Source: a virus
Virus record (IMG/VR): IMGVR_UViG_3300045125_000089
Location: 5,499 to 69,498 of that record
DNA: 64,000 nt
Direction: 5' to 3' (one strand)
Shown: positions 57,212 to 64,000 of the stretch, piece by piece
How positions within the stretch are numbered: the stretch's first letter is position 1
Layout of the letters: each line of letters opens with the position of its first letter
The notes under the pieces: model-generated
Databases searched by the model: none
Told to the model about the DNA's origin: nothing
The model's input: only the letters and a program-made list of their open reading frames with translations
Position numbers and translations under genes: made by a program

Positions 57212-59210
57212 TCAATATCCAACACTGCCCGTTAAATTATCGGTTCCCAAATTGGATAATGAAATTGTTAATGCATCGCTGGCAACATTTCCATATACTT
57301 TGTTATATATAGAGCTTGATTCCAACTAACACTTGAGTGCTACCTCCGCGGAATATATTTCCAGTGATGATATTAGCGGAGCCACTATATCCTCCAATAT
57401 AAATAGAAGGAGCACTACCGGCATTAAATATTGTATTTCCAATAAATGTACCTTCGTGTGCATTTGCGCCACGAATAACAGAGCCAGTATTATCGCTAAT
57501 CAAAAAGTTGTTACTGATATAATGACCTTGAACGTTTTCTAACCACAGCGCACTACCAGAATTTCGTGAATCAATGTGACTATTATTAAAGAGTCAGTAA
57601 TACGATTCTTCCTGCAATTGGACGATTTGCCCAATCGTATGAATTGAATGGCGCAGCAAGAATGATTTATTTCCTTTGGCATATACACCATATACAACCG
57701 GAACCATATATATTTGATTTAACAACAATCCTTCAGTGTTTTGTCCGGTGGAGGTATAGTCAACAGAGTTTATAGATATACCTGTTTTCCAGAAATTAAA
57801 CTGCGATTGATTGATGGTTCCGTTTATACACAATCTTCTTAACTCTAGACCTGTTCCTTGATAAAATGAACCAAGCGGTCTACCAACAATCATACAATTT
57901 GTAATTCTGAAATTCCACGCTGATTCTAATATAATTCCGTTTGACCAATAATTTGAATTGTCGGAAAGAATATGAACATCATTTAAATCCACAGAAACAT
58001 TTTCGTGAGCAGATTGACTTGATGTACCATATGTTATGTATATAGAAGAAGATGATGCGCCGGATGTAGTAAGGCCCAATCCTCGTATAGATACTTGATA
58101 AATCTGGTCATCAAGTCCTCCATTGTCCATATTAAATTCTATACCATTTACGTTGGCGGTTTGTTTTATAATTGAAACGTTGGAACCATTTCCTACCAAT
58201 GCAATATCGCATTGTGGATTTGATACAAGAGTCAAAGAGCCGGTAATTACATACGTTCCGTCAGGAAAATATACTGTACCTCTTCCAGATGCTTGTGAGG
58301 CTGAGATTGCAAGCAAAATTGCATTTGTATCATTTGTTGAACCATTTCCAATTGCACCATAATCTTTTACGTTATATGCAAAATTTGTATTTGCGCGCGC
58401 CGCATAAGAACTTGTGGTTGAACTCAAAGCATATGAACTTGTAGTTGAATTTAGTGCATAAGATGCAGTAACGGCGTTGGTAGCACTACCACTCAAAGAG
58501 CCCGTAGCTAAAAATCCATTAGTAGATAATCTTGCTATTAAATTTCCACCAGCAGAAAATCCAAGGTCATTATTTCCTATTTTATATATTCCTGTATCGC
58601 CGTCCCCCAACCAACCAAATGCAACATCTGATGCAGTTCCATTATTTCCATATAACAAAACGTTTTTAGACTGTAATAATTTGAACCAACCTGTTGAAGT
58701 AGATGCTTCAACGGTAGAACCACAATCGAGACGCTGCCAGTTATGCTATGTAAATTTCCAACAACAGAACCAAGTTTTGTATTTTCTGTTTCTACAAACG
58801 ATGCCGTTACTTTTCCAAGCATTAATTCTTCCAAAAGTGACATTATTTGAAATACTAAATGCTTCTCCTCCTCCGTCCGACAGTTGAGCACTGCTAGAAA
58901 TTGTTCCACCTCCACCGCCACCAGCTCAGACCACTACCAAGCATCTGTACCCACATACTACCCGATTTTATCAATAATTTCCATCATTTCCATATGATTC
59001 TGCGCCATCTGCTCCACGAGAATCCGTCGATGAAGTTACTGGCGGATTTATTATCCAGCGTTTTCTAGACAATTCATAGCCAGCCGCAGAACTTGAAATT
59101 TTTATATTAGCGAGACCGCTGCCATATATATCCAAACCTATAATATAACTGGCGGTTGATAGAGAAGTTATATTCTCGAATTGGGACATTTTGGTCGGTA
59201 TGTATGACAT
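57212..59210 (-). CDS. Tailspike / putative polysaccharide depolymerase (pectate lyase 3-type beta-helix), frameshifted
   Basis: AYNVKDYGAIGNGSTNDTNAILLAI..GRGTVYFPDGTYVITGSLTL, followed by right-handed beta-helix-like repeats (NIITGNIF, FIGNTIF). Confidence 0.8.
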
Positions 59211-59269
59211 AATATTTTATTATATAAATATTAGCCAACCAAACTAAATAATGTACCCTATTTAGGTTT

Positions 59270-59663
59270 TTATATATACGGGTCTTTTTCCAGAATGGTA
59301 TTTGGATCTAATCCAATCTGCTGACACATACTTATAATTGTTTGGTTATTTGACCAAAACCACGAAAAATTATTCCAAAGAAACTTTTGGTCTGTTGGTA
59401 AAGAGTCAATCAATAATATTAAATCGTTGAGTTTGTTTGCTTGTAGAATTCTGGATGTTATTGTGTCTTTTGAAACTCTGTGTGGTTGTATTGGCGGCAA
59501 AGGATTTACTACCCATTGACAATTTTTCCAAACAGGCGGTTGTTCTGTTTGCTCGTTGTAAGGATGGCGGCATTGTGATTTGCCATCCTTTGCGTATAAG
59601 ATTATCAACAATCTCTTGATTGGTTTCTGAACGTAATTGACAATTGTATGTTAGATAATTCAT
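59270..59663 (-). CDS. Putative tail fibre assembly/chaperone protein (frameshifted)
   Basis: MNYLTYN..LIRKGWQITMPPSYNEQTEQPPVWKNCQWVV..LIDSLPTDQKFLWNN..IGLDPNTIL. Confidence 0.5.
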
Positions 59664-59668
59664 AAATT

Positions 59669-60420
59669 TTATGAGCAGGCGATTTTAAAGGAGTAGGCCC
59701 ACGAACTTTGAAGACGCTTGCGAGCCGAAGCACTCCTAAAAACGCGACCGAATAGCCGCATATGTCGCTATCACGCCCGTTATTCCCAACGACGCCGCAT
59801 TATTGCGAGCTCCGATGTTAACGCCTAGCGTGTAATTTGAGGAAGCCTGGATTATTGCTATTTGTTGCAGTCATTGATTGCGCCTCGCCATCAATGAAAA
59901 ACTGATGAGTTGCGTGAGTGCCATTAATCTGGTGCGACACAAGTCTCCAGTGCTGCCTAAGCCCCAGTTCAGTAGCTCGATTTAACGTGCTTAGAGCAGT
60001 ACTCATTAAATAAAGATGCGTCGACTAGTTGTTGTGTAAATGTACGAGTCGCCTGCGACATTCGAAAGCACAGTCCTAACTCATAACACCACAGCCAGTT
60101 GTGCAGACGCCGTCTGACACAATCGCACGAAAGCGTGCATGCGCGCTCGCAGATGCCTGGGAAATGACGCCGTGGTTAAACAGTTCCTCCGCCATCAAAC
60201 GATAGGCTGGCATTTCCGTTGATGCTCGCACGGTTTTGTAGGTTGGCTTTTTGGTTGCGGTCGCCTGCGGTGGCGTTACGCCCGTTTGACGTGCGATCCG
60301 TCCACGTATCAACCGCATCATTGTTGCATCGTCAGCAAGTCCGCAGATAAAACTGCCGAATCAAACGCGCAGGCCATTCCAAGCATGGACTGGATTAAGA
60401 TGCCTTTGCCGCGCTCTCAT
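59669..60420 (-). CDS. GC-rich LamG/lectin-like tail protein (frameshifted)
   Basis: MRARQRHLNP..NATQATATKKPTYKT..FDG..THQFFIDG..IGARNNAAS. Visibly higher GC than neighbouring genes. Confidence 0.5.
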
Positions 60421-60421
60421 A

Positions 60422-63400
60422 TTACTGATTAAAATTTATTTTTACTCCAAGCAACTGAGCATCTACAGCAAGTGTGTCTGATCCATCAGTTGCATTTCTA
60501 CTGATTTCATACACTACAGCATTTGTAGTGGAATTTGAGCCAGTAATTGTTACAGCAGGAGTGTTTGAAGAAATATGCATATCATTGGCTGCAAGCAATG
60601 TGTCTGTTACTGATTGTGCTGTACCAATTACCGTCGGTCCAATACGAGCCATCGTCTCGCAAAAGATCTTTGCACCTATTCTCCAAACTACCGCACCAGA
60701 AGAACCAGTTGCTGTCCAATAAAAATTTGCAGAGATTGTTCCAGAATTCCAATTTGACGGCATAATAGTCATTGCTTGAGCATACTCAATTGCACCCGCA
60801 TCAAAATCCAATGTATCATAATTGATTTTTGTTTGTTGTAGTTTCTAATGAATTTATTCCAGAACCACTTGTAGTTCTTGGTATCCACGCAGATGCAGGT
60901 ATCCATATTGTATTTGGAGTTAAAGCATAACTTGCACGATGCCAATATACTACCTGTTCCAATAAATGAACTACCAGATACAACAAGTGCATTAGAACCA
61001 AATTTGCCCATTACAATTCTGTCATCGCTAAATACTTCAAATATAGGCAATCCAGTAATGTCACTTACATTCATCAAACTGCCACTAAGGCTGTCTGTTA
61101 TACCAAACAATGTACCTGCACTTCCGATAAATGACACACTACCATCCTGCAATACTTCTAATCTTATAGAAGATGTTGCACTACCAGAGAAATACAAGTG
61201 TGGAATTTGCGGTAGAACAGAGACTTGAGCATCATATAGATGATGATGTTACCGTTCAAAAGTAACATTACTTGCTGTTGTAAATGTAAATCCCTGCCCG
61301 TTTGTAAATTGAGCACTGCTGGATATAGGGAGCCTCCAAGTGCCTATAAGATGCAGTAACCGCCCAGCTAGAAGTTCCTCTTAGTAGTGCGGACGAAGTC
61401 ATCAAAGATAGATGCCAGTTATTGCCATATCTCCGCTAACATCAAATACGAATGAAGTATTTAATTACTTTTCCTAATACCAACACTACCGCCAGTAATA
61501 ACAAACGCATTAGTATTATATAATACCTGCTACTATTTTATCATCACTGAAAACTTCAAATATTGGAAGGACCAAATATCATTAACACTCAATAAACTTC
61601 AGACGCAATGTCTGATATATCAAACAATGCTCCGTTGCTTCCCATGAACGATAATCCACCATTCTGTAATACTTCTAGAGATATACTTGAAGTTAAGCTG
61701 CCAGAAATACTATAGCTGCATTGCTACTAGTATTTGGAGAACGAAGCATCATATAAGAAGAAGTAACAGCGTCTGTAACACGAATTGAGCCAGAAACAGC
61801 TACAGAACCCGTCAATTGTAATGAGCCAGTAACTTAGTAGTGAGCCAGATACTTGTTGTCCTGTACTATCCATTGTTACTACCACGAACCCACTTGAGAA
61901 CAAATACAAGTTTTGCATTTGTTCCCACTCACCAACATTTTGAGCCCAGATAGCAGCGGCTTCATCGCCAATAGCACCTCCATTGTCGGCATACCATACA
62001 AGTCTTCCTAGATTATCATCCGCCTGAACGGCACCTCTACCTCCGACAGTTGTTGCTCTTGATTTAAAGAACCCGAATCGTGCACCATTTGCATTATTTG
62101 AATATCTTCCAATATATCCAAACGTCGCCGAAGTACTTAAAATTTGGAATATATCTCCCGCCGAAGTAAGAACGGTGTCTGGCGTATTTGTGCCCATTAC
62201 AAACTTTCCGTTTGAAGTAATAGAAACTGAACCTGTTACTCCTAACGACCCCGTAATAAACGTCGTTCCGTTTACATCCAACGTTGTAGTTGGAGAAGTA
62301 GTTCCGATACCAACCAAATTACTAGAATTGAATATGGAAGACTCCTGTTAATACTGAACCGCTATTGAACCTAGGTACATAATTTAATGACCCGGATGCT
62401 GCATTTGAATTTCCACTTGTTCCACTAGAACCGCTGCTACCACTTGTTCCGCTTGACCCACTTGTTCCCGCTTGAACCACTTGAACCACTTGTACCAGAT
62501 GTTCCGCTCGAGCCACTTCCACCACCACCTCCAGCAGCATTTAATGCATACGAAGTCAGTTAATGCCATTATGGCATAACTTGCTGTGCCTAATAAAGAA
62601 CCCGTGATACCAGACGATACATTTAATGTGAGCCAGTTACAGCTACACTTCCACTAACGTCTAATATAAATGCAAGATTTGGATTTGCTTTACCTATACC
62701 AATGTCACTACCAGTCACAACAAGAACGTTTTGATTGTATCCACCCATTACCACACGCTCGTCGCTAAATACTTCAAATATTGGCATACCAGACACATCG
62801 TTGACACTCATCAAACTTCCGCTCAATGAATCTGATATACCAAACAATGTTCCTGATGAACCAATAAATGATATTCCACCATCCTGTAATACTTCCAACC
62901 TAATACTTGAAGTCAAGCTACCAGAAAACACGATTGCAGAATTGCTACTTGTATTTGGAGATTTTAGCATCATATAAGATGCTGTTACAGAATCTGTGAT
63001 ACTTATTGAACCAGTAACAAAAAATGAACCAGTAATATCCAACGTGGTCGATGGATTTGTTTTTCCTATGCCAACAAAACTTCCAGAATTAAAGATAGAA
63101 GATTCTGTTAATACTGAACCACTGTTAAATCTTGCAACATAATTTAAAGAACCGGAAGCGGCCAATGAGTTCCCACTGGTTCCAGCAGAACCGCTTGAAC
63201 CGGATGAACCGCTGGTTCCACTGCTGCCCGAAGTTCCACTTGTTCCGCTTGAGCCGGATGTACCATTTGCACCACTTGTGCCGCTAGACCCAGAAGTACC
63301 AGATGTTCCGGAAGAACCACTTGTTCCAGTAGTTCCACTTGGACCCGATGTACCACTCGTACCACTACTTCCAGAAGTTCCACTTGTACCGCTTGAACCA

Positions 63401-64000
63401 GAAGTACCGTTTGCTCCACTTGTACCGCTAGAACCACTACCTCCGGCAGCATTCAATGCATAAGAAGCCAGTTAATGCATACGAAGAACTTAAAGCTGTA
63501 TTAGCATAACTTGCAGTGCCTAATATACTACCCGTACCAATAAATGTGCTACCAGAAACAGAAATGGCATATGCATTATACTCTCCAATGAACACTTGGT
63601 CATCACTAAATACTTCAAATATTGGAAATCCTGATATGTCATTTACCGCAAACAAACTTCCGCTTAAAGAATCTGCTACACCAAGCAATACACCATTTGA
63701 ACCAATGAATGCAACTGTACCATCCTGTAATACTTCAAGACGTATAGAAGATGTTGCACTACCAGAAAATACTATTGTTGCATTGCTGCTTGTATCTAGG
63801 AGACTTCAACATTATATACGATGAAGTAATAGAATCCGTTACACGCAGTGAACCGGTAATAAACATTGAACCAGTAATGTCACAACGTCGTTGTTGGTGT
63901 AGCTTGTTCCTATACCAACAAAACTACCGAGGTTGAATACAGAAGATTCTGTAAGCACATGAGCCGCTATTGAACCTTGCTACATAGTTTAGCTGAACCA
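60422..64000 (-). CDS. Long modular tail fibre protein(s), 5' end beyond window (frameshifted)
   Basis: Alternating SGX linkers, (T/N)AS(Y/F)A repeats, GIG(T/K)..P..TLD(V/I).G repeats and RLEVL..EVFSD(D/E) modules. The C-terminal domain is WIPASAWIPRTTSG..LDFDAG..EYAQ..LLGVKINF. Confidence 0.7.

Larger units (their letters stand above)
6433..59231 (-). promoter_or_regulatory. Recurrent upstream motif ATATTTATA on the coding strand (12 dispersed sites), putative late promoter
   Basis: Plus-strand TATAAATA(T) at 6433, 12956, 16316, 20559, 21242, 26474, 29673, 32209, 34695, 52819, 56478 and 59223. Each lies 4-35 nt upstream of a minus-strand ATG. The start/end given is the span of the sites, not one element. 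Confidence 0.7.

Noticed and set aside
59680-59760. GGAGT..ACTCC inverted repeat as an RNA element
   Set aside because: It falls inside the reconstructed 3' coding end of the GC-rich gene, and the pairing is short.
1-64000. Stop-codon reassignment as the cause of the fragmented ORFs
   Set aside because: The breaks I examined (recA, ssb, polA, hef, tube, HAD) need frame changes, not read-through. TAA, TGA and TAG all occur as genuine stops, including TGA in ATGA overlaps.
1-64000. tRNA, rRNA, intron or intein
   Set aside because: I saw no cloverleaf or rRNA-like segment, intergenic gaps are short, and RecA, polymerase and sheath lengths leave no obvious intervening sequence. This was checked by eye only; tRNAscan/Infernal were not run.

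Overview
This is a 64 kb AT-rich segment of a large T4-like (myovirus-type, probably jumbo) phage genome. Nearly all genes are on the minus strand. Single-base indels break many ORFs, including the essential tail sheath and RecA, so I treat them as long-read consensus errors. Many CDS coordinates below are stitched across frames by eye and are approximate. From low to high coordinate: (1) 1-7.9 kb, replication/recombination genes: DnaB/gp41-like helicase (partial), 5'-3' exonuclease, RecA/UvsX, gp32-like SSB and a short family-A-like polymerase. (2) 7.9-21.2 kb, baseplate, tape measure, tail assembly chaperone, putative internal head proteins and tail tube. (3) 21.2-26.5 kb, an accessory island that separates tube from sheath: Hef-like endonuclease, GT-like protein, secreted EF-hand protein, nucleotidyltransferase and HAD nucleotidase. 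(4) 26.5-32.2 kb, tail sheath and small tail proteins. (5) 32.2-44.6 kb, a tandem array of 14 paralogous LamG/ConA-like lectin genes with conserved ends and variable cores, plus a fibrinogen-like gene. (6) 44.6-52.4 kb, a fibre of about 2,600 aa carrying about 2,300 aa of uninterrupted, proline-free Ser-Gly-X repeat. (7) 52.4-64 kb, further fibres and a beta-helix tailspike. The most notable candidates for undescribed biology are the translationally coupled lectin cassette array, the giant SGX fibre, a putative polyprotein of small basic modules separated by protease-type xxE sites, and a recurring upstream motif (ATATTTATA) that is the reverse complement of the T4 late promoter. I found no tRNA, CRISPR array, reverse transcriptase or integrase.
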